IMG/VR virus record: IMGVR_UViG_3300049137_000023
Coordinates: 1 to 24,689 of that record
Source of the DNA: a virus
Taxonomy: Duplodnaviria > Caudoviricetes
Reading direction: 5' to 3' (one strand)
Length of the DNA: 24,689 nt
Part shown: positions 14,863 to 24,689 of the stretch, piece after piece
How positions within the stretch are numbered: position 1 is the stretch's first letter
Layout of the letters: every line of letters starts with the position of its first letter
Notes under the pieces: model-generated
Told to the model about the DNA's origin: nothing
Seen by the model: only the letters and a program-made list of their open reading frames with translations
Databases searched by the model: none
Made by a program: the position numbers and the translations under genes

Positions 14863-16938
14863 ATGGCAGACGTAGCCCAGCTAGGTATCCAAGTCACAGA
14901 ACTAGGTACCGATAAGGCGACCGATGGCCTCACTAAGCTGGCCGGCGCCGCGGCTCGTGCAGAAGCCTCGACCGAGGGGCTGGCAGCGGCAAACCGTGGT
15001 GCGACTGGCGCAGCGGCGTCTGCAGCCGCAGCGTATGCGAAAGAGGGCACAGCGGCACAATCGGCATCCCGCCAAATCGAGATGATGAACCGCGCCGCAA
15101 ACAGCAATGTCGCCGGTCACCGCGGTAACATCGCAAATCTGGCCGCCCAGGTGCAGGACACGATTATCAGCGCTCAAGGCGGTATGGCCGCGCTCACGAT
15201 CGGCTTCCAGCAGGGCACGCAAGCGGCGATGGTTCTTGCTTCGATGGACAAGCCGATCCAGGGGCTTGCGCAGGCATTCGCGATGGTTCTTTCGCCAGTA
15301 TCCCTCGTGACGATCGCAGTAATCACCCTCGGGGCCGCCCTCATTCAGATGGTCAATTGGGGGAAGCTGGCGGGTGCAGCGCTCCGAGGGCTAGCTGAGA
15401 TCTTGGATGAGATCGCTCCCTATGCCGTAGCCGCCGCAACTGCATTGGCTCTGCTATATGCGCCGGCGATCATTGGCGGCGTCATCACGCTTATTGCTTG
15501 GCTAGGTCGTCTTATAGCCCAGTTGGGAGCTGTTGCTGTCGCTTTCCTTGCAGCCAACCCAGCACTGGCCTTCATCGCAGGCATCACCGCAGCCGTCGCG
15601 GCCGCAGTAATCTTCCGAGATGAACTAGCGCAGATCTTCGGCCGTGATGTCGTCGCCGACGCCAAGAGAGGGGCCAATCTTGTCATCGGTTCGTTTGTCG
15701 CCGCGTATGAAGACATCAAGTTCGTATGGAGCAACTTCGGCACCATCATCGGAAAAGCCGTTGAAGGTGCTGTGAATGCCGTCATCCGAGGTGTCAATCA
15801 AATGATCAAGCAGGCGGCGGCCGGTGTCGATGAAATGATCGGGATGATGAACAAAATACCGGGCGTTGCAATAAACCCGATTGGAGATCTCGGCGATGTA
15901 GTAAAACCTTGGGACGGCGGCTTTGGCGATCTCGGAGGTGCAGTCGACGCTCGAAACAGGGCTGTTCAGGATGCGCTTAGCCGAGACTACCTCGGCGAGT
16001 TTGGAGAAGGCATCAGCCGCGGGGCCTCTGCCGCTTCCGAGAAGTTGAAGGATCTCGCGAAGTGGATGGAGACCGTCGACGAGAAGGGAAAGAAGAAGGG
16101 CGGGAAAACCGAGGCGGAGAGATACGACGACATCATCAACGGTGCTGAACGTCGGATTGCCTCTCTTCAGGCCGAGAGAGATGCGCTGGGCCTGACAGAG
16201 GAAGCGGCCCTCAAGCTTCGTTACGAGCAGGATATGCTCAATCAGGCCCAAGCTCGAGGCATCACGTTGACCGCCTCGCAGCGCGCGGAGATTTCCGGTT
16301 TGGCGGAGCACATGGCTTCGCTGGAATACGGAACCGAGCGCATCCGAGAGCAGATGGACTTTGCGAAGGACACGGCGCGTGGGTTCCTCGATGATTTCCG
16401 CGCCGGCCTTGAGAATGGCGAAAGCGTCTGGAAGAGCTTTGGCGATGCCGCATTAGGCGTGCTCGACCGCATCACGGATAAGCTCCTTAACGACGTCCTC
16501 GACGCGGTGTTCAAGGTAACTGACGCCGGTAGCGGCGGAGGAGGTGGGCTGCTCGGCAACCTGTTTGGTTCGCTGTTCGGCGGAGGTAGTGGAGCCTTCC
16601 CGTCCAAGCCTGGTGTGGGTCTCTATGCCGCTGGCACTCCTGCCGCGCGCCCGGGTCTTGCATGGGTAGGAGAGAAGGGGCCGGAACTGGTTCGCTTCAA
16701 GGGTGGTGAAGAGGTAATTCCAAATCATCGCATTTTGCCGGCCGCGAACCAGAACAACGCTTCCACCCGAAGCCAGCCCAGCGACCAGCCTCGAGAACTC
16801 GTCCTGCGGGTTATAGGCGAGGAAGGACCGATGTTCCGTCCGACGATCCGCGCAGAGAGCCAAGACATTGCCGTGTCGGTTGTTCAGGAGAGCAACAAGG
16901 CCCGCGAAAACCTGTACCAGAACGGCGAGTCTCACTGA
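14863..16938 (+). CDS. Tail tape measure protein, 691 aa
   Basis: SD AAAGGA before ATG 14863; Ala-rich, 'NLAAQVQD...QQGTQ' motif, central hydrophobic segments, C-terminal 'VGEKGPEL'. Confidence 0.93.
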   Translation: MADVAQLGIQVTELGTDKATDGLTKLAGAAARAEASTEGLAAANRGATGAAASAAAAYAKEGTAAQSASRQIEMMNRAANSNVAGHRGNIANLAAQVQDTIISAQGGMAALTIGFQQGTQAAMVLASMDKPIQGLAQAFAMVLSPVSLVTIAVITLGAALIQMVNWGKLAGAALRGLAEILDEIAPYAVAAATALALLYAPAIIGGVITLIAWLGRLIAQLGAVAVAFLAANPALAFIAGITAAVAAAVIFRDELAQIFGRDVVADAKRGANLVIGSFVAAYEDIKFVWSNFGTIIGKAVEGAVNAVIRGVNQMIKQAAAGVDEMIGMMNKIPGVAINPIGDLGDVVKPWDGGFGDLGGAVDARNRAVQDALSRDYLGEFGEGISRGASAASEKLKDLAKWMETVDEKGKKKGGKTEAERYDDIINGAERRIASLQAERDALGLTEEAALKLRYEQDMLNQAQARGITLTASQRAEISGLAEHMASLEYGTERIREQMDFAKDTARGFLDDFRAGLENGESVWKSFGDAALGVLDRITDKLLNDVLDAVFKVTDAGSGGGGGLLGNLFGSLFGGGSGAFPSKPGVGLYAAGTPAARPGLAWVGEKGPELVRFKGGEEVIPNHRILPAANQNNASTRSQPSDQPRELVLRVIGEEGPMFRPTIRAESQDIAVSVVQESNKARENLYQNGESH

Positions 16939-17612
16939 TGCCCGATCCCATTCTTCTGCCAACTTTCGGTGGCGGTCGCCGCGATTGGGTGGATTGCACC
17001 TTTGATCCTGTCCGCCCGCGCGATACGGACCGGATGGAAGGCCGCCGCACTGAGGCGCAGTCTTTCGGCACGCCCTATTGGGTGGCTCGGTACGCCTCGC
17101 GCCCGCTGTTGCGCGAAGAGTATGGCATCATGGATGCCTTCATGATGCAGGCCGGAGACGATGGGGAGACGTTCCTCGCCTACGACGCTTTCCGCCCGAG
17201 GCCTGTCGCTCATGATAATGGTCTTCCGCTGTCGGGCACCAGGGCAGGGGGAGGCGCATTTAATGGGCAAGCGGTTCTTCAGTCGATCACGAACAGCCGT
17301 ACGATTGTTGTCTCTGGCCTTCCTGCGGCGTTCAAGCTGTCGGTTGGTGACTATGTCGAGATCCGCAAGTCTCTTTGGGAAAGATCGCTTCATAGGATCA
17401 TGGCACCCGCAACAGCAAACGGCTCGGGCGTTGTAACGCTCTCGATCAAGTATGGCCTCGATACGGGCATCTTCACCACGGGCAACACCGTGCATTTCGA
17501 AAAGCCGTCGTGCACCATGCAGATCGATCCCGGCAGCTACGACGGAAAGAAGTCCTGGGCAAACCGCTCGCCATCTTTCTCCGCGACGGAGGTGTTTTTC
17601 AGTGGCTCTTGA
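16938..17612 (+). CDS. Distal tail (Dit-like) / minor tail protein
   Basis: TGA/ATG coupled to the TMP gene; motifs 'F.AYD..RP.P' and 'L.VGDYV'. Confidence 0.75.
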   Translation: MPDPILLPTFGGGRRDWVDCTFDPVRPRDTDRMEGRRTEAQSFGTPYWVARYASRPLLREEYGIMDAFMMQAGDDGETFLAYDAFRPRPVAHDNGLPLSGTRAGGGAFNGQAVLQSITNSRTIVVSGLPAAFKLSVGDYVEIRKSLWERSLHRIMAPATANGSGVVTLSIKYGLDTGIFTTGNTVHFEKPSCTMQIDPGSYDGKKSWANRSPSFSATEVFFSGS

Positions 17613-18189
17613 TCCTGGCGTTGCCGCTCTCGTTGACGGTGGTCGCATTGCGCGCCTCGACCTTATTCGCTTCGACCTGCCTGGGAAGACGGTCGGATAT
17701 CACCGCGGCGGACGGCCATACACCTACAACGGCTTGACCTACCTTCCGAACCGTTTTTTGCAGATGGGCAACATGTCGAGTGCCGTGGGTATAGCCGTGA
17801 GCACGCGCACGATCGTGTTTTCGAACATTCCGGTCACCAATCCCGATGATGCGGTCGCGCAGATCGAGAGCTACGATTATCAGAATGCCCCGGTGATCAT
17901 CGCGCATCTGGCGGGCGATCCCGATACGGATGAGGTAATCGGCGTCCTGGCATCATCGATCTACGAGATTGACCAGGTGCGTTTCAATGAGGGCGCAGTG
18001 TCTGGTTCCGAGCGCTCGCTTACACTCTCGATCGATCTGCAGCCTCCCGGTCGGTCGGCCCGCGGCGCGACCTTCGTCAAGCGCAGCCTGAAGGAACAGC
18101 AGTTCGACAATCTCGCGACCGATACCGGTCTCGAATACGTCGCCACCAATGCCACGATCCCCGAAGAATGGGGCCAAAGGTCCGGCTGA
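17602..18189 (+). CDS. Minor tail / baseplate hub protein
   Basis: GTG 17602 after SD GGAGGTG (MALDPGVAAL...); typical position before the NlpC/P60 gene; 'D.GLEYV.....WG' end. Confidence 0.75.
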   Translation: MALDPGVAALVDGGRIARLDLIRFDLPGKTVGYHRGGRPYTYNGLTYLPNRFLQMGNMSSAVGIAVSTRTIVFSNIPVTNPDDAVAQIESYDYQNAPVIIAHLAGDPDTDEVIGVLASSIYEIDQVRFNEGAVSGSERSLTLSIDLQPPGRSARGATFVKRSLKEQQFDNLATDTGLEYVATNATIPEEWGQRSG

Positions 18190-18193
18190 CATC

Positions 18194-18607
18194 ATGAACA
18201 GATTTCGAGTTGTCGAGGCCACGCTCGCGCGTGAGCTTGCGAACCCGTATGCCTATGGCGACCCAAAGCAGTCCGACTGCTTCATGATGGGCTGCGCTTT
18301 GGTCGACGCCCTGGAGGGAACGCAACTCGCCAAGAAATATGCCGCGGCCTATAAAACCCTCCCTGGTGCGCAGCGCGCTCTGCGCAAGCGCGGCTTCAAG
18401 AGCCTGATCAATTTCTGGACGGTCGAGCTCGGCCGGCCGCCAGTTGGCGCGGCGGAAGCCCAATTCGGCGACCTCGTCATTCTCCGCCTTGCAGATGGCG
18501 CCGAACACGTCGGCGTCTGCGTTGGCACGCGCTTTACCACAAAGACCGCGAAGGGCCGGCAGGATCACGGCCTTTCCGATGTCGTCGCAGCATTTCACAT
18601 TGGATAA
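18194..18607 (+). CDS. NlpC/P60-like tail tip assembly protein (DUF6950-like)
   Basis: Papain-like Cys/His motifs 'YG....SDC', 'AQFGDLV' and 'HVGVC.G'. Confidence 0.85.
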   Translation: MNRFRVVEATLARELANPYAYGDPKQSDCFMMGCALVDALEGTQLAKKYAAAYKTLPGAQRALRKRGFKSLINFWTVELGRPPVGAAEAQFGDLVILRLADGAEHVGVCVGTRFTTKTAKGRQDHGLSDVVAAFHIG

Positions 18608-18614
18608 TTTCTGA

Positions 18615-21299
18615 ATGGCGATCTTTACTGCGATTGGCACTGCCATTGCCGGCGCGCTGTTTGCCGGCTCGGCACTTGCCGCGACCGTCATCAGCAGCGG
18701 CCTGGCCTTCGCGGCAAACCTTGGCATCAGCTATCTGCGCCGGCCGAAGAAGCGGAAATATGCCGCTGTTCAAGGCGAGACGCAGTATGGCGGCGACGTT
18801 CCAACTGGTGCCCTCTTCGGTACAGGCAAGACCAAGGGGCAGCGGATTTTCTACGCCAAGTGGGGTAGCGGCAACAAGATCAATGCCGAGGTCTTTGTTC
18901 TCGCCAATGGCTGGAATGACGGACTTGAGCCCTATGTCTATTTCTTCGGCAAGAAGCACAATTTGGTTGTTCTCCCGGCTATCGGCGATGAGGCGGCACA
19001 CTACGGCGTTGAGGGCTTCGCCAACGATGAGGATCAATATTACCTGTCGTTCCGTTTCTATGACGGGCGGCCGGGGCAAGGGGTCGATCAGAAGCTTGTC
19101 GACGACACATCTGCTCTAGGCCAGACGTGGAAGGCCACGAGCGTCAATGCCGGCCTCTGCTATGTAATCGTTCAGCGGGTCTATGATGGCGATCTGTTCC
19201 GGAACGGAAAGCCGGATATAGAATTCGTGCTGCGCGGCCTGAGGGAATATGACCCTCGCAAGGATTCCACGGTCGCAGGCGGCTCCGGACCGCAGCGCAT
19301 CAACGATCCGTCGACGTACGTCCACACGCTGAACCCGGCCGTGCATCGGCTGAACTATCAGCTGGGGCTCAAGGCCCTGATATCCGGTCGTACGCTGATC
19401 GGCGAAGGAAAGAGCTTAGGTCAGCTGGATCTTGGCACATATTTCGTTGCCATGAACGTCTGCGACACGCTGCGGACCGATGGCAAGAAGACCTATCAGT
19501 GCTCGCTTTGGGTGACAGGCGATGACGACCATACGGAGATCCTGAAAGAATTTGACGATGCGATGGCCGGTTACGGCATCAATCGTCGCGGTCTTTCCGG
19601 CGTCATTCCCGGCGCGCCGCAGATCCCGGTCATGGAGATCACGGCGGATGACATCCCCGCCGATCGCGCGAAGGAGATACAGTACCGGAAGTCTGCATTC
19701 GAACGGTATAACTATCTCTCAGGTCAGTTCCTCTCGATCGAGCTGATGTGGAACCCCGACAGCCTGAAACCGGTCTACGTGAATGCCCACGTTTCGGAAG
19801 ATGGCCGGCCCCGCCAGACCAGCAACGACTTTCTGCAGGTGACCGATCCGGACATTGCGCAATATCTGCTTTACATCCGCTACCGTCAGAACCGCATGGG
19901 TGGAACGGCGACGCTGCCGGTAAGCCGCCGCGTCGGCTTGAAGGTGCAGGAAGGTGAGTGGATCACCTGGCGCGGTCGCATCTGGATGATCTCGGAATGG
20001 GTGCTGGACGAGCAGTTCCGTGTCACGCTGAAGCTGAGCGAGACCTCAGCCGCGATCTATGACGACGATGATATCGAACCCGGGCCGGTGGTCATTCCTC
20101 CAACGCCGCCGATCAATCCTTCGCTGCTGTTTACCGTCCAGAACTTCAATGTTGAGGCTGGGTTGATCCTTGGCGCTTCCGGGTTTCAGGTGCCGGTCCT
20201 TGAATTCACCTGGACGCCGCCCGCCGATCCGTCGATCACGGCGGTACGGTTCGAATACCTGATCGACGGCGAAACAGAGGTCTTTCAGGACCAGACCGGA
20301 GAACCTGAGGCCGGTGTCTATCGCACAACCAAGAACGTCGTCTCCGGCAAGGTTTACGCGGCGCGAGCTACAATCACCACCGTGCCGGATCGGCTCAAGA
20401 TCTGGACGCCCTACGTACTGACCGATAATCCGACCGGAAACTTCACGTCCCCTTATGCGGGGGTGATTGGTCTGGAGAACCTCGGCGACGATCTGAAAGA
20501 ATACCAGGACTGGCTGGGCGCCGGCCGTCGCGAAATCTTGGAGCGGCTGGAGGAGATCAATCTTCTGGTCTCCGATCAGGATCTCGGCAATGCTCTAGAG
20601 CGCCAACAGATCCGAGAGCAGATCACCGCCACGCGGGACGGCATCACGGCCGACTACCTTAGGCAGGTCGATATCCTGATCACGGCGGACACGGCGCTTT
20701 CCAGCCGAATCGAGACGCTTTCGACCTCCTTCGGCAACTATCAGGCCACCGTCAACAGCCAACTGGTGGCTCTGTCGAGTGCAGACCAGGCGCTGGCGCT
20801 TTCGGTCACTGAACTGGAGGCGGAAGTTTTCGATCCGATGACTGGCCTGCCTTCCGTCGCCAGCGCAGTTTCTGCGCTCGAAACTGAAGTCGCTACGATC
20901 GATGGAGAGCTGACCGCCACTTCGGATGCGGTGCAGGACCTTGAGGTGACAGTCGGCAAGTTCTCCGCCTCTGGTCGCTTCCGGACGACTGTCGAGGCGA
21001 CGCCGTCAGGTGCGCAAGCTCGTATCGGTTTGAGCGTGTCGGCAACCTCGGGCGGCGCGACGGCAGCCGCGGCGATGTATCTCGATGCCCTTGCAGGCGG
21101 CTTGAGCCGCGTGGTCTTCGAGGCCGATCAGTTCATCGTTGTGGCCGGCGGCAATCTCAACAATCCGTTCGTGGTCGACGGGACGGCTGTCCGCATGAAC
21201 GTCGCCAATATCGGCACGGTCAATGCTGGCATCATCCAGAGCCCGAACGGCAAGATGGTGATCAACGTGAATGCAGGCACGATCGTGATCAGCTCATGA
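18615..21299 (+). CDS. Central tail tip / host specificity protein (J-like)
   Basis: 894 aa; 'G...YDPRKDSTVAGGSG..R', FN3-like segment, coiled-coil stalk, C-terminal 'F.ADQF.V....PFVV.G..V.MN.A.I'. Confidence 0.88.
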   Translation: MAIFTAIGTAIAGALFAGSALAATVISSGLAFAANLGISYLRRPKKRKYAAVQGETQYGGDVPTGALFGTGKTKGQRIFYAKWGSGNKINAEVFVLANGWNDGLEPYVYFFGKKHNLVVLPAIGDEAAHYGVEGFANDEDQYYLSFRFYDGRPGQGVDQKLVDDTSALGQTWKATSVNAGLCYVIVQRVYDGDLFRNGKPDIEFVLRGLREYDPRKDSTVAGGSGPQRINDPSTYVHTLNPAVHRLNYQLGLKALISGRTLIGEGKSLGQLDLGTYFVAMNVCDTLRTDGKKTYQCSLWVTGDDDHTEILKEFDDAMAGYGINRRGLSGVIPGAPQIPVMEITADDIPADRAKEIQYRKSAFERYNYLSGQFLSIELMWNPDSLKPVYVNAHVSEDGRPRQTSNDFLQVTDPDIAQYLLYIRYRQNRMGGTATLPVSRRVGLKVQEGEWITWRGRIWMISEWVLDEQFRVTLKLSETSAAIYDDDDIEPGPVVIPPTPPINPSLLFTVQNFNVEAGLILGASGFQVPVLEFTWTPPADPSITAVRFEYLIDGETEVFQDQTGEPEAGVYRTTKNVVSGKVYAARATITTVPDRLKIWTPYVLTDNPTGNFTSPYAGVIGLENLGDDLKEYQDWLGAGRREILERLEEINLLVSDQDLGNALERQQIREQITATRDGITADYLRQVDILITADTALSSRIETLSTSFGNYQATVNSQLVALSSADQALALSVTELEAEVFDPMTGLPSVASAVSALETEVATIDGELTATSDAVQDLEVTVGKFSASGRFRTTVEATPSGAQARIGLSVSATSGGATAAAAMYLDALAGGLSRVVFEADQFIVVAGGNLNNPFVVDGTAVRMNVANIGTVNAGIIQSPNGKMVINVNAGTIVISS

Positions 21300-22804
21300 C
21301 AAAAACACTGATCGGCCTCGACTCCTCTGGCGTCCCTTGCGTCAAAATTACCAAGGGCAGCATCAATCCAGTCACCGAACCCGACACGAATGTCGGCTCG
21401 TTCTACTACAATTCAAAATGGTCGAAGGACATCAAGCTCGTCGGGATGACGAACACGCCCTACACGGGCGCGAACTACTACGTTCCCTCCGGCTCGAACA
21501 TCAATACCTATCAGAAGTCGACCTATGTGCCGACCAGCAACGCGATGATCGTCGCGCTGCGCAATAGCTTTTTCGGGAGTGACCTGATGTACGATCTTCC
21601 TCTCTGGGACATGAAGGTGCGGAAGATCGCTGACAACCACTATGTCGAGCAGTATCGAAGCCGCAGGCAGGGCAGTGAAGATCCCCAGGGGCGAGAGCCT
21701 GGATACTACACGACATGGGATCGCGGCCGTTCCGCCTGGTGGGCAAACCGTGGCGACGACCCGGGCTTTCCTTACGGCGCCATGGGAAATGGCTGCTTCT
21801 ATTACGGAAACATGTATGGCGAAAACAACGCCAATCAGGTCACGCCAGAGATTGTCGTCTGGCGGCTTCCCGGGGACAACACTGCGATACTGAACGGCGC
21901 GCCCTTGTCGCCGGTCCCGGGGCAACAATCGATCCAGATCAACAAGGACTTCTGCCGCGTTGCGAAGCCCGGCTATGACGTGACGGTGGCAACCCCGACG
22001 CAGCTCGCCTTCGACTCGTCTGGTAGACCTCTTTCAATCATCAAAGCGGGAGACATTGCCCTTCCTATCGGGACGACCGAAGTCGAGCTTGGGCATGCTG
22101 TCGATCCGACGACGATCTGCGACATGGTCCTCTATACCGGGAGCACGATCGTTTTCCCCATGAGCCAATTCGGGGAATCGCTGATCTGCGAATATTGGTT
22201 CTCGGGAACCAAGATGTACATCAGCAACACGACTGCTGCCTGCCGTTGCAGGTATCTCGTGTTCGCAAAGGACAAGCTCTCCACCAGCAGTGGAGCTAAC
22301 AAAGTCCTGAGGCAGTTCGACGACGGAACTCACGACGTGGTGCAATTCCTGCGGCCAGGCGCTGCTGATCCTCCACGCCTTGCAGACATCATTTTGGACA
22401 GCCGCTGGCCGTCTCTGCAACTGCTCGCGGAAGGCTACCAGACGATAGGGCCGCAGCCGAACAGGACGCCGCCAGGAAGTGTAAACACCGGTCAGTCATT
22501 CACTGTGAACTTCCCGAACACCGGCGGGGTCTTCCCATTCGTCAAATACATGACCGTTCATGACTACGGCTCCAACGGCATCCTTGTCCGGCCACCGATG
22601 TCGGGGATCACCGAGAACTACGACAACCAGACGCAGTACCACATGGGCAATTCCACCTACTGCACAGTCTCCAGCAATCAGGCGACGTTCTGGACGTTCA
22701 AGGGAAATCCTGAATTCGAACGATACACCTCCGGATGGACGTTCGACTATCCGGCTGATCCCATCATTGGCATTCGCTACTACATCCTTGGCATCCCCAC
22801 ATGA
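21296..22804 (+). CDS. Tail tip-associated / putative receptor-binding protein with three repeated modules
   Basis: Related motifs 'VKITKGSINP..FYYNSKW', 'RVAKPGYDV..LAFDSSG' and 'QFLRPGAAD..IILDSRW'; aromatic-rich. Confidence 0.7.
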   Translation: MTKTLIGLDSSGVPCVKITKGSINPVTEPDTNVGSFYYNSKWSKDIKLVGMTNTPYTGANYYVPSGSNINTYQKSTYVPTSNAMIVALRNSFFGSDLMYDLPLWDMKVRKIADNHYVEQYRSRRQGSEDPQGREPGYYTTWDRGRSAWWANRGDDPGFPYGAMGNGCFYYGNMYGENNANQVTPEIVVWRLPGDNTAILNGAPLSPVPGQQSIQINKDFCRVAKPGYDVTVATPTQLAFDSSGRPLSIIKAGDIALPIGTTEVELGHAVDPTTICDMVLYTGSTIVFPMSQFGESLICEYWFSGTKMYISNTTAACRCRYLVFAKDKLSTSSGANKVLRQFDDGTHDVVQFLRPGAADPPRLADIILDSRWPSLQLLAEGYQTIGPQPNRTPPGSVNTGQSFTVNFPNTGGVFPFVKYMTVHDYGSNGILVRPPMSGITENYDNQTQYHMGNSTYCTVSSNQATFWTFKGNPEFERYTSGWTFDYPADPIIGIRYYILGIPT

Positions 22805-22998
22805 GGAAATCCATGAATATCCGTCCTGAGGTCGCATTTCGGGAGCTTGGCGTTCAGCATGAGTTCCTGAAGCAACGAAACCTCGCTCTGGCGCAACTCC
22901 TGGCGGAAATGACCGGCGAGCGCGACCAGCTGAGATCAGAGCTTGATGCCTTGAAGCAAGAGCTTGCCAAGGGAGGTGCGGATGGCGATCCTCAGTGA
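22801..22998 (+). CDS. Small coiled-coil protein (possible fiber chaperone)
   Basis: Heptad-rich; overlaps both neighbours; alternative start at 22813 with SD GAGG. Confidence 0.7.
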   Translation: MRKSMNIRPEVAFRELGVQHEFLKQRNLALAQLLAEMTGERDQLRSELDALKQELAKGGADGDPQ

Positions 22999-24178
22999 CT
23001 ACACCGCCGGCACTATCTCGGTCGCAGCCGATGGAACGGCGGTTACCGGTGCGGGTACCGCCTGGCTAACGGCCGATTTCCGCGAGGGCGATCTCCTGTT
23101 TGCCAATGGCGCAACCGGCGTCGTGCTGTCGGTGAACAGCAATACGTCGATCACCCTGGCCCAGCCGTGGAAGGGTGGCCTCCTCAACAATGCCGCCTAC
23201 CGCCTTCGATATCAGGGCGACAATTCGCGCGTAACGGCGCAGGCACGTCAGCTGATTGAGCTGCTTGGTGGGAACGGCAATTTCGAGGCATTCGCTGGTC
23301 TGGTGCTGGCGGCAAACAAGCTTCCCTATGGCACCGGTGCCGGGACTATGGCGCTCACGGATTTGACGCCGTTTGCTCGGACTTTGCTCGACGATGGCGA
23401 CTTGGCCACTGTCATGGCAACGCTCGGTGCAGGCACGAAGGGCCGAGATATCCTCGCCTCGACCTCAATGGCAAACCTTCTCGGCAGGCTTGGCCCAGTC
23501 TTTGGCGGCCCTGCACCGGCGCCATCGGCAGCCGATGTAGGCTTGGCGGATGGTGACTTCAACACGATCACTGTTCCGGGCGTCTATACGATCGCCAACA
23601 ATTGGAACAATGGACCGGATGGGGTTGGGCCTGGGTACGTCGGAATACTGGAGGTGCGAGCACGTGCCTTCTCTAACCTTTATGTTCAGACGCTCTATTA
23701 CAACGTCAGCGGGCGCCTGCAGATATGGGGAAGGCTCGGCACGGCGGGGCCGTCGTGGTCCCCCTGGAGAAGGTTTGCCTCCGAAATTGTCGGGACGGTT
23801 GCGCAGAGCGGTGGCATTCCAACAGGGGCAATCATCGAGCGCGGCAGCAACGCAAACGGCGAGTATGTCCGCTTCGCCGACGGAACGCAGATTTGTTATA
23901 TGGTCTATGACGACACGGCCGGGGCGTGGGATAGCGCCTATTTCAATATCTGGCGGCGGGCGACGTTTCTTACCCTGAACTATCCGATCAGCTTCCCTGT
24001 GGGACAACCGGTTGCAGCGGCGTCTGCGTCTCACGGCTCAAGTTCGCCGGTAGTGGGTATCAGCTTCCGGAACGTAGCCAATGCTGCATGCAATATTGTT
24101 CCGTGGGCTGGCGCTTCCGGTTTCGGGACAGGTGTTAGCAAATCCATATACGTCACAATCATGGGCAGGTGGTTCTAA
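22982..24178 (+). CDS. Tail fiber protein (pyocin-knob-like and gp53-like C-terminal domains)
   Basis: SD GGAGG; motifs 'Y.AGTISV....AVTG.GT.W', '[14 protein letters not shown]', 'DFNTI..PGVY' and '[22 protein letters not shown]'. Confidence 0.88.
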   Translation: MAILSDYTAGTISVAADGTAVTGAGTAWLTADFREGDLLFANGATGVVLSVNSNTSITLAQPWKGGLLNNAAYRLRYQGDNSRVTAQARQLIELLGGNGNFEAFAGLVLAANKLPYGTGAGTMALTDLTPFARTLLDDGDLATVMATLGAGTKGRDILASTSMANLLGRLGPVFGGPAPAPSAADVGLADGDFNTITVPGVYTIANNWNNGPDGVGPGYVGILEVRARAFSNLYVQTLYYNVSGRLQIWGRLGTAGPSWSPWRRFASEIVGTVAQSGGIPTGAIIERGSNANGEYVRFADGTQICYMVYDDTAGAWDSAYFNIWRRATFLTLNYPISFPVGQPVAAASASHGSSSPVVGISFRNVANAACNIVPWAGASGFGTGVSKSIYVTIMGRWF

Positions 24179-24528
24179 TGTTCATCAAGCTTTCTCCGCA
24201 GCGTCGGGATGACGCGCTGACCGTCATCAAAGATGGCGACAAGCTCCGGATCAACGGAGATCTGTTCAGCTTCATCTCGCTTCCTGATGGTGCGACCCTC
24301 CCGGCGGGCGAAGTGCCTTGCGAATGGATCAGCGGACCTGTCGAGCGCATCGACGGCGATTTACGCCTGACGCTGATCCTGCCGCATGGTCAGAACCCTT
24401 CGGAGGCTGTCGCATTCCCTGCGCCGCTGATCGATCCACCGGATGGTGAGCTTGCCATTCCGTTCGATCCGCCGCCTACGGCAATACCTGAGCCTGAAGA
24501 CGAGGAGCCTGCCGATGTGGACGCCTGA
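24178..24528 (+). CDS. Tail fiber-associated protein (putative chaperone)
   Basis: TAA/ATG coupled; 'LSPQRRDD.L...GD.L.ING..F.F..LPDGATLP...V.C.W..G.VER..G.L.LTL.LPHG'. Confidence 0.8.
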   Translation: MFIKLSPQRRDDALTVIKDGDKLRINGDLFSFISLPDGATLPAGEVPCEWISGPVERIDGDLRLTLILPHGQNPSEAVAFPAPLIDPPDGELAIPFDPPPTAIPEPEDEEPADVDA

Positions 24529-24689
24529 TCCTGCGAAGATCATTACGGCCGAACAGAAGGCTGCGACGGCCAAGCAATCGCTTTGCGATGCCATCAATGC
24601 CGAACGTCAGCGCCGCATCGTCGCCGGCAAGGTGGTCGACGGCATGCATGTGACCGGCCGTGACGAGGATGCGCGCAACCTCACCAATC
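24515..24689 (+). CDS. DUF4376-like tail fiber assembly protein (partial, runs off the window)
   Basis: SD GAGGAG; MWTPDPAKIITAEQKAA...INAERQRRI...GRDEDARNL. Confidence 0.75.
   Translation, partial: MWTPDPAKIITAEQKAATAKQSLCDAINAERQRRIVAGKVVDGMHVTGRDEDARNLTN

Noticed and set aside
1924-24689. Gene transfer agent or tailocin interpretation
   Set aside because: PBSX-type terminase, DUF1073-like portal, a long tape measure gene and multiple morons fit a temperate siphovirus; no sheath gene is present.
1-24689. CRISPR array, tRNA, IS element or DGR
   Set aside because: No spaced direct repeats, cloverleaf, transposase or reverse transcriptase was seen by eye.

Overview
This window is the virion morphogenesis (late) module of a long-tailed siphovirus-type (pro)phage. 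The high GC content, gene families and promoter motifs suggest an alphaproteobacterial host, probably Rhizobiaceae (inference). The + strand order is: small ORFs, HExxH metallopeptidase, TerS, TerL, portal, protease/scaffold, decoration, major capsid, head-tail connectors, tail terminator, tail tube, tail chaperones (-1 frameshift), tape measure, tail tip genes, a J-like protein, a fiber and its chaperones (truncated at the right edge). Several accessory 'morons' are inserted. They are a leaderless GNAT acetyltransferase with its own promoter and terminator, an antisense 46-aa protein behind an EcfG-type promoter, an antisense 71-aa gene, and an antisense three-gene cluster before the tape measure gene. 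The most unusual part is the first 1.3 kb. It holds a minus-strand ~400-nt unit (promoter, ~270-nt highly structured leader that can sequester the RBS, 30-aa hydrophobic peptide, terminator) resembling a type I toxin mRNA. It also holds a second hairpin-dense ~300-nt stretch at the window start. Family names come from motif recognition and synteny only; no database searches or folding programs were run.
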